IMG/VR virus record: IMGVR_UViG_3300031857_000025
Source of the DNA: a virus
DNA: 64,000 nucleotides
Direction: 5' to 3' (one strand)
The position numbers were made by a program, and so were the translations under genes. A model generated the notes under the pieces. The model was not told the origin of the DNA and made no database searches. It saw only the letters and a program-made list of their open reading frames with translations. The number at the start of each line of letters is the position of its first letter. Position 1 is the first letter of the stretch. Of the stretch, positions 40,642-51,387 are shown piece by piece.

Positions 40642-41181
40642 ATGGCGTTGTTTGGAAGTGCCCGTGATATGAGTTTATTTCGTAGTGTTAATAGAGAACT
40701 AATTAACAAATATATAGATACAGAAGTACTTCTATATAAACTTAATTTACAAAATACCGATACTAACTTATATGGAGAAGCAGATCGTAAAACATATTAT
40801 CGGCCAACACGTATGAATTGTTTAATTTTACGTGATAGTCGTACAAGTTCTGGAGATGACTTTGGTATTGATATACAACGTACTGCTACATTTGCATTCT
40901 TTAAACCAGACCTAGAAAATAAAGACATTGTTATACAAGTCGGTGATATATTACGATGGGACGGTGAATATTATGAATTAGATAATCAAAATAATGCACA
41001 GGATTATGTTGCCGGTAAAGATGAAAAAACTGATCTTGGAGTCACTACTGGCGAACGTGGTAGTTTTGGTATGGATATATCTGTAATTTTTGAAGGTCAT
41101 GTGACACGTATAAATGCAATTAATATTGAACCAGTGCGTACTGGCATCAATAAAACAAATTATAAACCTAGGAATTTATGA
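40642..41181 (+). CDS. Head-tail connector (gp14-like)
   Basis: NLYGEA..K.Y, FG.D and VGD.L motifs; lies between the gp13-like and gp15-like genes. Confidence 0.65.
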   Translation: MALFGSARDMSLFRSVNRELINKYIDTEVLLYKLNLQNTDTNLYGEADRKTYYRPTRMNCLILRDSRTSSGDDFGIDIQRTATFAFFKPDLENKDIVIQVGDILRWDGEYYELDNQNNAQDYVAGKDEKTDLGVTTGERGSFGMDISVIFEGHVTRINAINIEPVRTGINKTNYKPRNL

Positions 41182-42005
41182 GTAAACCAAAACTAAATAA
41201 AACATATAGCACATTTACTCGTAATCAGGAGATTGATAGGTCCGCAGAAATCCGTCGTGATAACGATACTATTAAAACACCGAAATGTACAATTTATGAT
41301 GTTGATAATGCTATTATTAGTTATTTATCTGATATTATACAACTACAAATAATAGAAAACAATAATATAATACCAGTACCAGTTATTTATGCTAACGGAG
41401 AAAAATGGGCACAAATACGCGAACGTGGTTATATGTATGACGTAAGTGATAAACTAATGACTCCAGCGGCTGTCATAAAACGTAACAGTATTACAGAACG
41501 TGACATGCTTAAAAAATTAGACGTTAACTGGAATCCAGAGACTGATAATGATTATGCACGTAACACATTGACATTTGAGAATCCTTATACAAAACGTAAT
41601 CGATATGATCGGTTTTCTGTACTACAAGGTACTCGTCCACGTCGGGAATTATATGTATCTTCTATACCAGAATATGTTGAGGTTTCATACGATTTATTAT
41701 TATGGGCAGAGTATACAGAACAACTTAATAGTATGGTAGAACAAATAATGCCAACTGGTGGGTTTGCCTGGGGTACTACTTGGAAGTTTCCAACCTTTAT
41801 ACAAGATTATACATTTGAAACAGCATCAGGACCAGGCGAAGATCGTATTGTAAGAGCCACATTACCATTAACAGTTAAAGCTACTTTGTTAATGCCATAT
41901 GAATTACGTAGGTCAAGTCTACAGAAAAGATATAGTATTAAGCGAATTGTATTTGGTTCAGAAAATGAGTCATTTAATGCAGATGCAGACTGGGACGGTG
42001 CATAA
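41178..42005 (+). CDS. Tail terminator/sheath stabiliser (gp15-like)
   Basis: VPVIYA..EKW, P.YV...Y.L...Q.N..VEQI; precedes sheath. Confidence 0.7.
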   Translation: MSKPKLNKTYSTFTRNQEIDRSAEIRRDNDTIKTPKCTIYDVDNAIISYLSDIIQLQIIENNNIIPVPVIYANGEKWAQIRERGYMYDVSDKLMTPAAVIKRNSITERDMLKKLDVNWNPETDNDYARNTLTFENPYTKRNRYDRFSVLQGTRPRRELYVSSIPEYVEVSYDLLLWAEYTEQLNSMVEQIMPTGGFAWGTTWKFPTFIQDYTFETASGPGEDRIVRATLPLTVKATLLMPYELRRSSLQKRYSIKRIVFGSENESFNADADWDGA

Positions 42006-42026
42006 TTATAATAAAGGAAAAGTTAT

Positions 42027-42302
42027 ATGCAAGATCAAATAAAGTTTACAGAAGAAGAATTAGCTAGTATTAAAACTATACGTGATAAAAATACTACATT
42101 AGTTTTAGATTTAGGTCAAAATGAATTGGAAACATTTACATTGACAAATAGACTTAAAGAACTAGAGTCAGAAAAACACGCATTGCAATCTAATTATATA
42201 CAATTACGTGCCGATGAACAACAGTTAGTACAGGAACTTAATAAAAAATACGGTTCAGGTACAGTTGATATTGAGAGTGGAGTATTTATTCCAAATAAGT
42301 AA
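42027..42302 (+). CDS. Small coiled-coil hypothetical protein
   Basis: AAGGA upstream; KYG.G.VD.ESG.F C-terminus. Confidence 0.65.
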   Translation: MQDQIKFTEEELASIKTIRDKNTTLVLDLGQNELETFTLTNRLKELESEKHALQSNYIQLRADEQQLVQELNKKYGSGTVDIESGVFIPNK

Positions 42303-42322
42303 CGGTTTGACGTTTTACTCTG

Positions 42323-42330
42323 ATATTTAT
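42323..42330 (+). promoter_or_regulatory. Late-type promoter box ATATTTAT
   Basis: Upstream of the sheath gene. Confidence 0.6.
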
Positions 42331-42363
42331 TAATAAACTGTAACATTAATTAAGGAGTAAAAC

Positions 42364-44505
42364 ATGGCAGAAAAAATTGTATCGCCTGGTGTATTTACCA
42401 ATGAAGTCGATCAATCATTTTTACCTTCACGTATTGCCGCAATTGGAGCCGCTGTTATCGGTCCTACACAAAAAGGACCAGCCGGTATTCCTACTACAGT
42501 AAGTAGCTATTCAGAATTTTTACAAACATTTGGTGGCGTATTTACTAGTGGTTCTGGCGCAAGTGAACAATCATATAAATATTTAACAAATTACGCAGCA
42601 CAAGAGTATTTGAAATATGCAGATACATTAACTGTAGTACGTGTATTAGCTGGGGCATTTAGTCCGGCAACATCTACTGCTACTACTGCTGTAGCATCAG
42701 GATTAACTTTTTCATCCGGGTCGTTAACATTAGTTAGTAACATAGAAAATGAAACATTCCGTATTGCACAAGGAACAAATACAATTAAATTTATTGCACA
42801 AACAAGTCCAAATGTTGATGCATCAAACGGTTTAACTAATTTTTTCCAATTAGGTGCAAACATTACAGCTACGGTTGGTAATCTAGTAACTGAAATTAAT
42901 AGTAATACTGTATTATCTGGTATAGTAGCAAGTAACACTGCAGGAACATTAATTTTGTCTGGTTCTAGTGCTGGTACTGGTCCAAATGGTGTTACATTTG
43001 CAACAGCATCAGGATTATCACCTCAGTCATTTGGTAGTACACTTAATACTAATTTCTTTACAATGGGCGGAGGTACTAATACTACTACATCCGAAAACGT
43101 ATTTACATTAACAACATTATCAGACGGGTCTGACCAAAATAGTGGTGGTGGAACTGAGGGCGTAAATAATATATTACCTAATGGTACTTCTAATAATATA
43201 CGTTGGGAAGTTACTAGTAAAAGCAATGCTAAAGGTACATTTAATTTAATTTTACGTCGCGGTGATGATACTAGCAATCGTAAAGTTATTTTAGAACAAT
43301 ATAATAATTTAACATTAGATCCAAATTCACCAAATTATATAGCTCGTGTAATTGGAGATCAGTCATATACAATAGTCGATGGTGGTGGTCTAGATCCATT
43401 CTTGCAATTGTCAGGATCATTTGGTAATCGTTCTAAATATGTTCGTGTAACTGTACATAAAAATACTATTAATTATTTAGATGCAAATGGTAATGTACGT
43501 GTAGGATCTGCAAGTGGTAGTCTTCCAGCAATTGCATCTGGATCATTTACTGGTGGTAGTAATGGTAATGAAACGCATCCAAAAGCATTTTATGAAACTA
43601 TTGAAAACACAAATACTCAAGGATTTAATTTAGCAAATGCTAATGACGGTAAAAATGCTTATATTGATGCTATTCGTTTATTAAAGAATCAAGATGAATA
43701 TGATATCAACTTATTAACATTACCAGGATTAGTTGATAACTTTACAAGTCATGCTACTGTATTAACTGAAGCCGTTAACATGTGTGAAAGTCGTGGAGAT
43801 TGTTTCTTAGTATATGACCCGGTTGAATTTGCTCAAACTATCGGTCAAGCTGTTACTAAAGCAGAATCTCGTGATACTAATTATGCTGCAATGTATTGGC
43901 CATGGATCAAAATTCCAGATGCTGATCTAGGTAAAAATGTTTGGGTTCCAGCATCTACTGTTATCCCAGGCGTATATGCATTTAATGACAGAGTAGCTGC
44001 TCCATGGTTTGCACCAGCAGGTTTAAATCGTGGCGGTATTGATATCGCTGTACAAACTGAACGTAAATTGACTCATGCTAATCGTGATACTTTATATGAA
44101 GCTGCTGTAAACCCAATTGCAACCTTCCCAAATAGTGGAGTAGTTGTATTTGGTCAAAAGACTCTTCAAAAGAAAGCATCTGCATTGGATCGTGTAAATG
44201 TACGTAGATTATTAATCGCTGCTAAGAAGTTTATTGCATCAACTACTAAGTATTTGGTATTTGAAAATAATACGGCAGCAACCCGTAACAGATTCTTAAG
44301 CATTGCAAATCCATATTTTGAAAACATTCAGCAACGTCAAGGATTATATGCATTTAAAGTAGTAATGGATGAAACCACTAATACTCCAGATGTAATTGAC
44401 CGTAATGAAATGCGTGGACAAATATTCTTGCAACCTGCTAAGACTGCTGAATTTATCATTGTAGACTTTAATATTATGCCAACTGGTGCTTCTTTCCCAG
44501 AATAG
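42364..44505 (+). CDS. Tail sheath protein
   Basis: SPGVFTNEVD, WFAPAGLNRG, FGQKT, RVNVRRL, P.KTAEFI. Confidence 0.96.
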   Translation: MAEKIVSPGVFTNEVDQSFLPSRIAAIGAAVIGPTQKGPAGIPTTVSSYSEFLQTFGGVFTSGSGASEQSYKYLTNYAAQEYLKYADTLTVVRVLAGAFSPATSTATTAVASGLTFSSGSLTLVSNIENETFRIAQGTNTIKFIAQTSPNVDASNGLTNFFQLGANITATVGNLVTEINSNTVLSGIVASNTAGTLILSGSSAGTGPNGVTFATASGLSPQSFGSTLNTNFFTMGGGTNTTTSENVFTLTTLSDGSDQNSGGGTEGVNNILPNGTSNNIRWEVTSKSNAKGTFNLILRRGDDTSNRKVILEQYNNLTLDPNSPNYIARVIGDQSYTIVDGGGLDPFLQLSGSFGNRSKYVRVTVHKNTINYLDANGNVRVGSASGSLPAIASGSFTGGSNGNETHPKAFYETIENTNTQGFNLANANDGKNAYIDAIRLLKNQDEYDINLLTLPGLVDNFTSHATVLTEAVNMCESRGDCFLVYDPVEFAQTIGQAVTKAESRDTNYAAMYWPWIKIPDADLGKNVWVPASTVIPGVYAFNDRVAAPWFAPAGLNRGGIDIAVQTERKLTHANRDTLYEAAVNPIATFPNSGVVVFGQKTLQKKASALDRVNVRRLLIAAKKFIASTTKYLVFENNTAATRNRFLSIANPYFENIQQRQGLYAFKVVMDETTNTPDVIDRNEMRGQIFLQPAKTAEFIIVDFNIMPTGASFPE

Positions 44506-44515
44506 TAGTTGAGTA

Positions 44516-44523
44516 ATATTTAT
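44516..44523 (+). promoter_or_regulatory. Late-type promoter box ATATTTAT
   Basis: Upstream of the tube gene. Confidence 0.6.
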
Positions 44524-44544
44524 TAGAAATAGGAGAATAAAAAA

Positions 44545-45033
44545 ATGGCAGAATTATTATCACCGAATGAGATTTTTTATACAGCATATGAGCCTAAAAT
44601 GGCTAATAGATTTATTATGTATGTGGAAGGTATTCCATCATATTTAATTAAAGCTGCATCTCGACCAAGCATTGACCAAGGTGAAGTCATTTTAGATCAT
44701 ATCAACGTTGAGCGTAAATTGAAAGGAAAGTCAAGATGGCAGGACGTAACTATTACTTTATATGATCCAGTTGTTCCATCAGGAGCACAGGCTGTAATGG
44801 AATGGGTACGTTTACATCATGAATCAGTAACTGGCCGCGATGGTTATTCTGATTTTTATAAGAAAGACATCACTTTCAATAGTTTAGGTCCAGTAGGAGA
44901 TAAAGTTGAAGAATGGACTCTGAAAGGAGCATTTATTAGTTCAGCAACTTTTGGAGACATGGATTGGGCTACTGAAGATCCAGTAACTATTGAGCTTACT
45001 TTGAAATACGATTACGCGATATTGCAATTCTAA
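44545..45033 (+). CDS. Tail tube protein (gp19-like)
   Basis: Follows sheath; NRF, W.D.TITLYD, EW, YKKDI, W.LKGAF, L.YD. Confidence 0.92.
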   Translation: MAELLSPNEIFYTAYEPKMANRFIMYVEGIPSYLIKAASRPSIDQGEVILDHINVERKLKGKSRWQDVTITLYDPVVPSGAQAVMEWVRLHHESVTGRDGYSDFYKKDITFNSLGPVGDKVEEWTLKGAFISSATFGDMDWATEDPVTIELTLKYDYAILQF

Positions 45034-45052
45034 TTGCATTTATATATTATGT

Positions 45053-45077
45053 AAAGTCCCACTCCGGTGGGATTTTT
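45053..45077 (+). terminator. Intrinsic terminator after tail tube
   Basis: AAAGTCCCAC-TCCG-GTGGGATTTTT. Confidence 0.85.
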
Positions 45078-45099
45078 ACTATCCGAATATTTATATAAA

Positions 45100-45357
45100 A
45101 TGAAAAAGAACGTAGATCCGATAGAACATTACGGTACTCAAATTAATGAGTCATTAGGAACAATAATAGGTGTTAGTTTAGCAGCTATATTATATGGCAG
45201 AAAATTATTTGATGCAATTAAAGCTGTACGTAAAGAATTTAAAGATGATCCTGAAATAGAAGCTGCTACGGCAGATCTTCTCGCTCAAGCAGAACGCGTT
45301 AAAGATACAGCCGAACGAAAAGCTACAGAAAAGAAGAAACGTCATACAAAAAAATAA
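45100..45357 (+). CDS. Small protein with INE leader and one hydrophobic segment (start reassigned to ATG 45100)
   Basis: The track GTG 45067 lies inside the terminator stem; ATG 45100 follows the late box 45087-45094. Confidence 0.55.
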   Translation: MKKNVDPIEHYGTQINESLGTIIGVSLAAILYGRKLFDAIKAVRKEFKDDPEIEAATADLLAQAERVKDTAERKATEKKKRHTKK

Positions 45358-45399
45358 GTTTTAATATTTATAATAAATAAAGTTATATAAAAGGAAAAT

Positions 45400-46272
45400 A
45401 TGCCAACAGTTAACGATCAGTATCCAACCAAACCTCAACACCAAATGACAGATGAAGAATTGAAGATGGCCGCAATTGCCCAATATACCAATTCCAATCC
45501 AAGTGTACCAACAGCTGCTAAATCTACATTCCCTACAGAAATAGTAGAACTACCTAGCCGTGGATTAGTATATCCAGAAGGTCATCCATTAGCTGATGGT
45601 AAAATTGAAATGAAATACATGACGGCTAAAGAAGAAGATATTCTTACCAATCAAAGTTATATCAAGCAAGGTGTAGTATTGGATAAACTATTTCAATCGT
45701 TAATTGTAACGCCTGTTGATTATGATGATTTATTAATTGGTGATAAAAATGCCATAATGGTAGCAGCTCGTATTTTAGGTTACGGTAAAGATTATGAAAC
45801 TGAAATAACAACACCTATGGGCGCTACTCAAAAAGTATCAATTGATTTAACTAAATTATCAGATAAAGAAATTGATGAGACATTGTATACCAGAGGTAAT
45901 CCTGAATTTGAATTTGCATTACCAGCTAGTAAGCGTACAGTAGTATTACAGCTAGTAACTAATCGCATACAAAAGAAAATTGAAACGGAACTTAAGGGTT
46001 TAGCTAAACTCAAGCAACAAGATGCCACATTGACTACCATGCTTAAACATGTTATAGTTGCTTTGGATGGTGAACGTGATCAAAGTAAAATACGTAAATT
46101 TGTTGATTCCGAATTATTAGCTATTGATTCTCGTGCCATACGTAACTATCTTAAAACAGTTACTCCTGATATTGACTTGTCATATGATTTTGTTGATGAG
46201 GAGGATGGAGAGCCCTTTCGTCGTACGTTTACCATCGGACTGGACTTTTTTTGGCCTGACACAAAATTATAA
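45400..46272 (+). CDS. Baseplate hub/tail assembly chaperone (T4 gp26-like)
   Basis: VELPSRG..Y, MTAKEEDIL, L..GD...I..AAR...YG, terminal DFFWP; lies between tube and tape measure. Confidence 0.75.
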   Translation: MPTVNDQYPTKPQHQMTDEELKMAAIAQYTNSNPSVPTAAKSTFPTEIVELPSRGLVYPEGHPLADGKIEMKYMTAKEEDILTNQSYIKQGVVLDKLFQSLIVTPVDYDDLLIGDKNAIMVAARILGYGKDYETEITTPMGATQKVSIDLTKLSDKEIDETLYTRGNPEFEFALPASKRTVVLQLVTNRIQKKIETELKGLAKLKQQDATLTTMLKHVIVALDGERDQSKIRKFVDSELLAIDSRAIRNYLKTVTPDIDLSYDFVDEEDGEPFRRTFTIGLDFFWPDTKL

Positions 46273-46477
46273 AGTTCATTTACATGATCAAGTATTTGAC
46301 TTGATATATCATGGAAAAGGTTTCACTTATCAAGATGTATATAATATGCCTGTATATCTACGGCATTTCTATGTAAGAAAAATACAACATATATATTCTG
46401 AAGAAAAGAAGGCACATGAAAAGGCCATGCGTGATGCTAAATCTAAACAAAGCAAAAAACCTAACATTAGACGTTAA
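46247..46477 (+). CDS. gp51-like chaperone segment, probably reached by +1 frameshift from the upstream gene
   Basis: FFGLT...F.L.YHG.GF...DVYNMP..LR.FY; overlaps the upstream ORF at a T7 run; no convincing start of its own. Confidence 0.6.
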   Translation, partial: FFGLTQNYKVHLHDQVFDLIYHGKGFTYQDVYNMPVYLRHFYVRKIQHIYSEEKKAHEKAMRDAKSKQSKKPNIRR

Positions 46478-46506
46478 TAGATATTTATTAGAAATATAGG
46501 ATATCT

Positions 46507-46752
46507 ATGAACAAGTTAGAACAAAAGGCTTTACGACAAATTAATCTCAATGAAGGATTAATATCACTGCTAGCTAAATTTTTTCTTGGTGGTAAGTTTC
46601 GAGATGGAATGCGCGAACTAGAAAAAATGAAAAAAGATGACCCAGAACTAAAAGCTGGACTTGCAAGTTTTTATCAAAACTATAAAATGATAAAAAATGA
46701 TATTGATAATATTTGTGCAAAATATCCAAATTTACCGAACTGTAAAAAATAA
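46507..46752 (+). CDS. Small hypothetical protein with LNE leader
   Basis: Late box 46481-46488, AGGA upstream. Confidence 0.6.
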   Translation: MNKLEQKALRQINLNEGLISLLAKFFLGGKFRDGMRELEKMKKDDPELKAGLASFYQNYKMIKNDIDNICAKYPNLPNCKK

Positions 46753-46754
46753 GT

Positions 46755-49085
46755 ATGACAAATCAGGGACAGTCAATATCAGATGACCAACGTAAACTAT
46801 TAACAGATTTAGGAAAGCTTAGTAGAGAACTAGGCCTGAATGAAGAAAATGTACGAAAAATACGTAAAGAAATTCTGACACTTACTATACAAAATATAGA
46901 TGCGTTAAAACGAGAAGTTGATCAGTTATATGGTATTCAAGAGATTGAAGCAGATCGTCTAGATGCGATTAACGAAATAGTCGGTTTAGAAAAAGAAATG
47001 ATCAAGCCGTTAACGAAAATAGCAACGCTTACAGATAAGTCATATGAATTAGAAAAAAAGAAATTACAGCAACTTAAAGAACAAGTTCCGGAAATGGAAG
47101 ATGCTGTTAATAATTTATTAAAACAATTAGAAACTGTAAATAAAATTAGTAAAAATCCGATAGCAAAAATTGGTTTTAGTGCAGCTGCGAGTAGTTTAGA
47201 TTCAATGCAAAAAAGTCTAGACGACTTTATGAAATCAGTACCAGGCGGTGAAATGTTATCTGATGCATTGGGTCTAGATACATTATCAGAAAAAATGCAA
47301 AATGCTATTTTATCGGGTGGTAAATTAGGTATGTTAGGCGTAGTAGCTGCTGTTGGTATTTTATATAAAGTACTATCAGATGTAACAAAAGAAGCTGAAG
47401 AGTTTTCAAAAGAAACTGGAGTAACCTTTGGCCAAGCTCGACAAATAGCAGATGCAGCGCGTGATGCTCAAACTAGTTATGGTAATCAATTAGCATTGCA
47501 AAAAGATATTTTAGATGTACAACAAGAAACTATAAAGGCATTTGGTACTACTGCTATGTTAACAGGTCAGCAAGCTGCTAATGTAGCCGACCTAGGAAAG
47601 TCTTTTGGATATGGAGCACAACAAGCAGCTCAAGTTAATAATGCATTTATGACCATGGGGGCATCGGCGGGTGATGCATATGAAGCGCAACAGAGCTTAG
47701 CTGCTGAAGCTCTTAAGGCAGGTGTTAATGTAGGTGCTGTTACAAAAGATATTAGCGAAAATGCCTCTGCTACATCTAAATATTTCGGTGGTAATGTTAC
47801 GGCATTAAAAAATGCTGCTATTGAAGCTGCGAAGATGGGAATGAGTTTAAGTACCATGTCTAAGGTAGCTGATAAACTTTTAGATATAGAATCGAGTTTA
47901 TCAGCACAATTCGAATTTCAGGCATTATCTGGCAGGCAAATTGATTTAGATATGGCCCGTCAGTTAGCATTACAAGGAGATATAGCCGGCGCATCCAAAG
48001 AAGTTTTATCGGCCGTTGGTAGTGCAGCTGAATTTAATCAGTTAAGTGTATTAGAGAAAAAGAAACTAGCTGAAGCAACTGGTATGGAAGTAGATGAACT
48101 TCAAAAGTCATTAGTAATACAGGAAAAGTTAGGCGACTTAACAGATGACCAAAAAGCTGCAATGTCCGGTTTAAATTTATCAGCAGCAGAACTTAATAAT
48201 CTATCAGCTGAACAAATAAAACAAAAATTAGCTGATCAGCAAGCGTTACAGAAAAATGAAGCAGCGTTTGAGTCGATAAAAAATCAATTAATGGCAGCAT
48301 TAATACCATTAGCAGAAATTGTAGGTACTGTACTATCAGTACTAACTCCTGCATTTAAGACTATAGGATTTATAATACAAGCAGCGTTTTGGCCGATTAC
48401 GACAGCTATACAGGGATTTAAAGAAATATATAATTTACTAACAGGCGGCGGTGAAAAGTTATCGTTTTGGGGAACTACTATGGCTACATTAGCAGTTACA
48501 TTAGGCGTAATAAAAGGTTATCAAATTATAATCGCAAATCAAGCTGCACTCGCCGCAGGATATGCTCAGTTAAAAGCATTCTGGGAAAATAATACAGTAA
48601 AGTCAATGATTGCCCAAGGAGCTCAAGCACTTAAAAACGTAGGGTTAGCAATTGCAGAAGCTGTCGCAAAAGTAACTGGTATGTCAGCCGCAACATTAGG
48701 TGTCGCAGCTGGTATCGCGTTAACGGCTGGGGCAGCTGCATATGCATTTTTAAGTCCTAAATCTACTGGTGACTTAGCAATGGGCGCTAATAATGGGCCT
48801 ATTGTAGCTAATCCTCGTGAAGGTACTATATTCCAAGGCACATCAAACGATGAAGTAGCAATGGGGCCTGGTGTTATTGGTATGGCTCAACAATCAGGTA
48901 CTGGTACTCAAACAGTTGTTAATAATGGTGGTAGTACTGATATGACCGAAACTAATAACTTATTACGTCAGTTATTAGGTAAGCAATCTGTCGCAGTTAT
49001 TAATTGGGGTGATCGTGATACAACTCAAGTAGCAAATGCAGTAGCGGCTGATAGAACAACTCGCGCAACTTATAATGGACGATAA
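46755..49085 (+). CDS. Tape measure protein
   Basis: 776 aa, Ala-rich helical with hydrophobic segments; canonical position after tube and chaperones. Confidence 0.8.
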   Translation: MTNQGQSISDDQRKLLTDLGKLSRELGLNEENVRKIRKEILTLTIQNIDALKREVDQLYGIQEIEADRLDAINEIVGLEKEMIKPLTKIATLTDKSYELEKKKLQQLKEQVPEMEDAVNNLLKQLETVNKISKNPIAKIGFSAAASSLDSMQKSLDDFMKSVPGGEMLSDALGLDTLSEKMQNAILSGGKLGMLGVVAAVGILYKVLSDVTKEAEEFSKETGVTFGQARQIADAARDAQTSYGNQLALQKDILDVQQETIKAFGTTAMLTGQQAANVADLGKSFGYGAQQAAQVNNAFMTMGASAGDAYEAQQSLAAEALKAGVNVGAVTKDISENASATSKYFGGNVTALKNAAIEAAKMGMSLSTMSKVADKLLDIESSLSAQFEFQALSGRQIDLDMARQLALQGDIAGASKEVLSAVGSAAEFNQLSVLEKKKLAEATGMEVDELQKSLVIQEKLGDLTDDQKAAMSGLNLSAAELNNLSAEQIKQKLADQQALQKNEAAFESIKNQLMAALIPLAEIVGTVLSVLTPAFKTIGFIIQAAFWPITTAIQGFKEIYNLLTGGGEKLSFWGTTMATLAVTLGVIKGYQIIIANQAALAAGYAQLKAFWENNTVKSMIAQGAQALKNVGLAIAEAVAKVTGMSAATLGVAAGIALTAGAAAYAFLSPKSTGDLAMGANNGPIVANPREGTIFQGTSNDEVAMGPGVIGMAQQSGTGTQTVVNNGGSTDMTETNNLLRQLLGKQSVAVINWGDRDTTQVANAVAADRTTRATYNGR

Positions 49086-49087
49086 TT

Positions 49088-51088
49088 ATGGCATTAAGTG
49101 AATTAACATCTAACTTATCATGGTATGGCACTAATGCCGGATTTCAAGCTCAACAATCAGTTGAACAAACAAGATTTAATTATGATCTGGGTGATTTAAC
49201 TAGTGCTGTTGCTCCTCGAGGATTTGATAATGCTGGATTTCAAAGTAATGCCTTTATACCAAAAGTATCTAGTAATGCATTTAATATATTTGATTATGGT
49301 ACTGCAACTCGACGTAGTCAATTAGGTACAGGTACAAAATTTCCAATTGGACCAAAAGGTGAGACTCATGAGTTTGATATTAAACGTACTGGATTTCATG
49401 ACGGTAATCGGTATGAAACTGTATTTAATGCTAAATCTAATAGTGGATTAGCTAATACATATACTACATCATCTCCTATAGATGACATGTACAATAAATT
49501 CAAAGTACGTGATGAAGCATATGATCCATTCGGATATGCAAAACCGCCGTTCATATTAAGAGGTATTCAGCAAGATGATTCATCTAAACCACAGCGTTGG
49601 GGATTCGGTGATACTACTGCAGGTGTAATATCTTCATTACTAGATATTCCTCGAGGAGGTCCTTTAGTAATGGGCGATCGTATTTTGAATGATGCAGTTC
49701 GTTTAGGTAAAATGTTGATACGACCTCAAGGTCTTGCATTTATAGCTAAACAACAATTACTACATTTAATGTCGCCTAATACAGAAGGTGTTAACGGACT
49801 TATAAATAAAAATGTAGCTACAAATCAAAAATTAAGTAGTCCTGCTAATACATTAGCATCAGCATTAGGAAGTCCATTGGGATTGCGATTTAAAAAACAT
49901 GGACTACTACCAGTCGATGATGAAACATCAAAATATAGTGATATACATAGATTACGTAAAATACGTGCAGCTGCCCAAGCCGATTTTGATGTTGAACAGA
50001 ACCGTTTAGTTTTATTATTAGGTACTCGTAAAGACGGTGTGACACCATACTGGACTCCGTTATCAGGACCATTAGGACCTGACTCTGTCGGAGGTATCGG
50101 AGAAACTAAGTTTAGTAAACGTTTTGAATATGATACATATAAATTAGGAACAGAACTATTTCGCGATACTGATACCAGTCGTGGTCGTACATTTTCTACT
50201 CAGTATGGTTATATTGCTCCGTATACAGATGGCACTGAAAGTCAGACAGATCCTACCATAGTTGATGAACGTGAAGGTGATAACGGTTCGTTGACAAGTC
50301 CATATGGTAAAAATTCATTACGTAAACGTATTGAAACTGATACTAATTTTACTGCAATACCACAACGTGAAATTAAGCAAGCGGCTAGCAATCAAACACG
50401 TCAGCAAGGTGATATCGTTGATACTGCTACTTATAAAACATTGGCATATGGTAATATACCAAAAGCAAAAAATCGTACACATTCAAATACTATAACAAAA
50501 ATTATAGATCCGACTATGGACGGTGCAGGGTATCAAGCAAAAGATACTCCAATTGCTAAAAAGTTGTTAACATATACAACAACGCAGATCTCTGGACAAA
50601 AAGATACAACTCGAATCACTGAAACAAATAAAAATTATATTACTTTAAAAATAGGTAATGTAGTATTGTATGCATATTTAAGTAGTCTAAATTTTAGTAA
50701 TCAGTTTTCAACGAATGAACTTAAAGGGGCTATGGAAGCATATGCAGAAAAAACATATAGTTCCCATGAGCGTGGAATTGGTTTAGGTTTTATGATAGCA
50801 GCAAAATCTCCGACAGAATTAGAAGATAACTGGAAAAAAATAAAAAGATTACAACAGCTATCATCGCCGGTATATACTAATAATGTTATCTTCCCTACAC
50901 GTACAACATTAACAGTAGGCAGTATTGTACGGTCAATGCCAGTATTTATGGATAGTATATCGTTTGATATTGATAATGAATCGCCATGGGAAATAACACC
51001 TAATTATCAGTATCCATATTATATTACAGTGGATTGTGAGTTTTCAATAATACCGTCAAGTGCAACATCATTGCCAGTAATAGGATAA
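49088..51088 (+). CDS. Putative baseplate/tube initiator protein
   Basis: C-terminal tube-like region (R.I.L.F...P...L.VG...PWEI); follows tape measure. Confidence 0.55.
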   Translation: MALSELTSNLSWYGTNAGFQAQQSVEQTRFNYDLGDLTSAVAPRGFDNAGFQSNAFIPKVSSNAFNIFDYGTATRRSQLGTGTKFPIGPKGETHEFDIKRTGFHDGNRYETVFNAKSNSGLANTYTTSSPIDDMYNKFKVRDEAYDPFGYAKPPFILRGIQQDDSSKPQRWGFGDTTAGVISSLLDIPRGGPLVMGDRILNDAVRLGKMLIRPQGLAFIAKQQLLHLMSPNTEGVNGLINKNVATNQKLSSPANTLASALGSPLGLRFKKHGLLPVDDETSKYSDIHRLRKIRAAAQADFDVEQNRLVLLLGTRKDGVTPYWTPLSGPLGPDSVGGIGETKFSKRFEYDTYKLGTELFRDTDTSRGRTFSTQYGYIAPYTDGTESQTDPTIVDEREGDNGSLTSPYGKNSLRKRIETDTNFTAIPQREIKQAASNQTRQQGDIVDTATYKTLAYGNIPKAKNRTHSNTITKIIDPTMDGAGYQAKDTPIAKKLLTYTTTQISGQKDTTRITETNKNYITLKIGNVVLYAYLSSLNFSNQFSTNELKGAMEAYAEKTYSSHERGIGLGFMIAAKSPTELEDNWKKIKRLQQLSSPVYTNNVIFPTRTTLTVGSIVRSMPVFMDSISFDIDNESPWEITPNYQYPYYITVDCEFSIIPSSATSLPVIG

Positions 51089-51093
51089 TAACT

Positions 51094-51381
51094 ATGGATA
51101 GATATAGATACAGTAAAACAGAGTCAAATAAATTTAAAACTAGCCGATTACCATCATTGCCAGTTACATCAACTGATTTGTATATATTTTCACGTGAAGG
51201 TGATCGTTTGGATTTAATGGCAAATACGTTTTATAACGATCCTCATTTATGGTGGATTATTGCCGATGCGAATAATCTTGGTAAAGGATCACTAATAATA
51301 CCACCAGGTTTACAGATACGTATACCAAACCCAATAACAGATTTACGTGTGTATTTAGAACAAATAGAAGCTGATAGATAA
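51094..51381 (+). CDS. LysM/gp53/TailX-like baseplate wedge protein
   Basis: GDRLDLMA..FY.DP.LWWIIA.AN...PG.QIRIP. Confidence 0.85.
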   Translation: MDRYRYSKTESNKFKTSRLPSLPVTSTDLYIFSREGDRLDLMANTFYNDPHLWWIIADANNLGKGSLIIPPGLQIRIPNPITDLRVYLEQIEADR

Positions 51382-51387
51382 TAAGTT

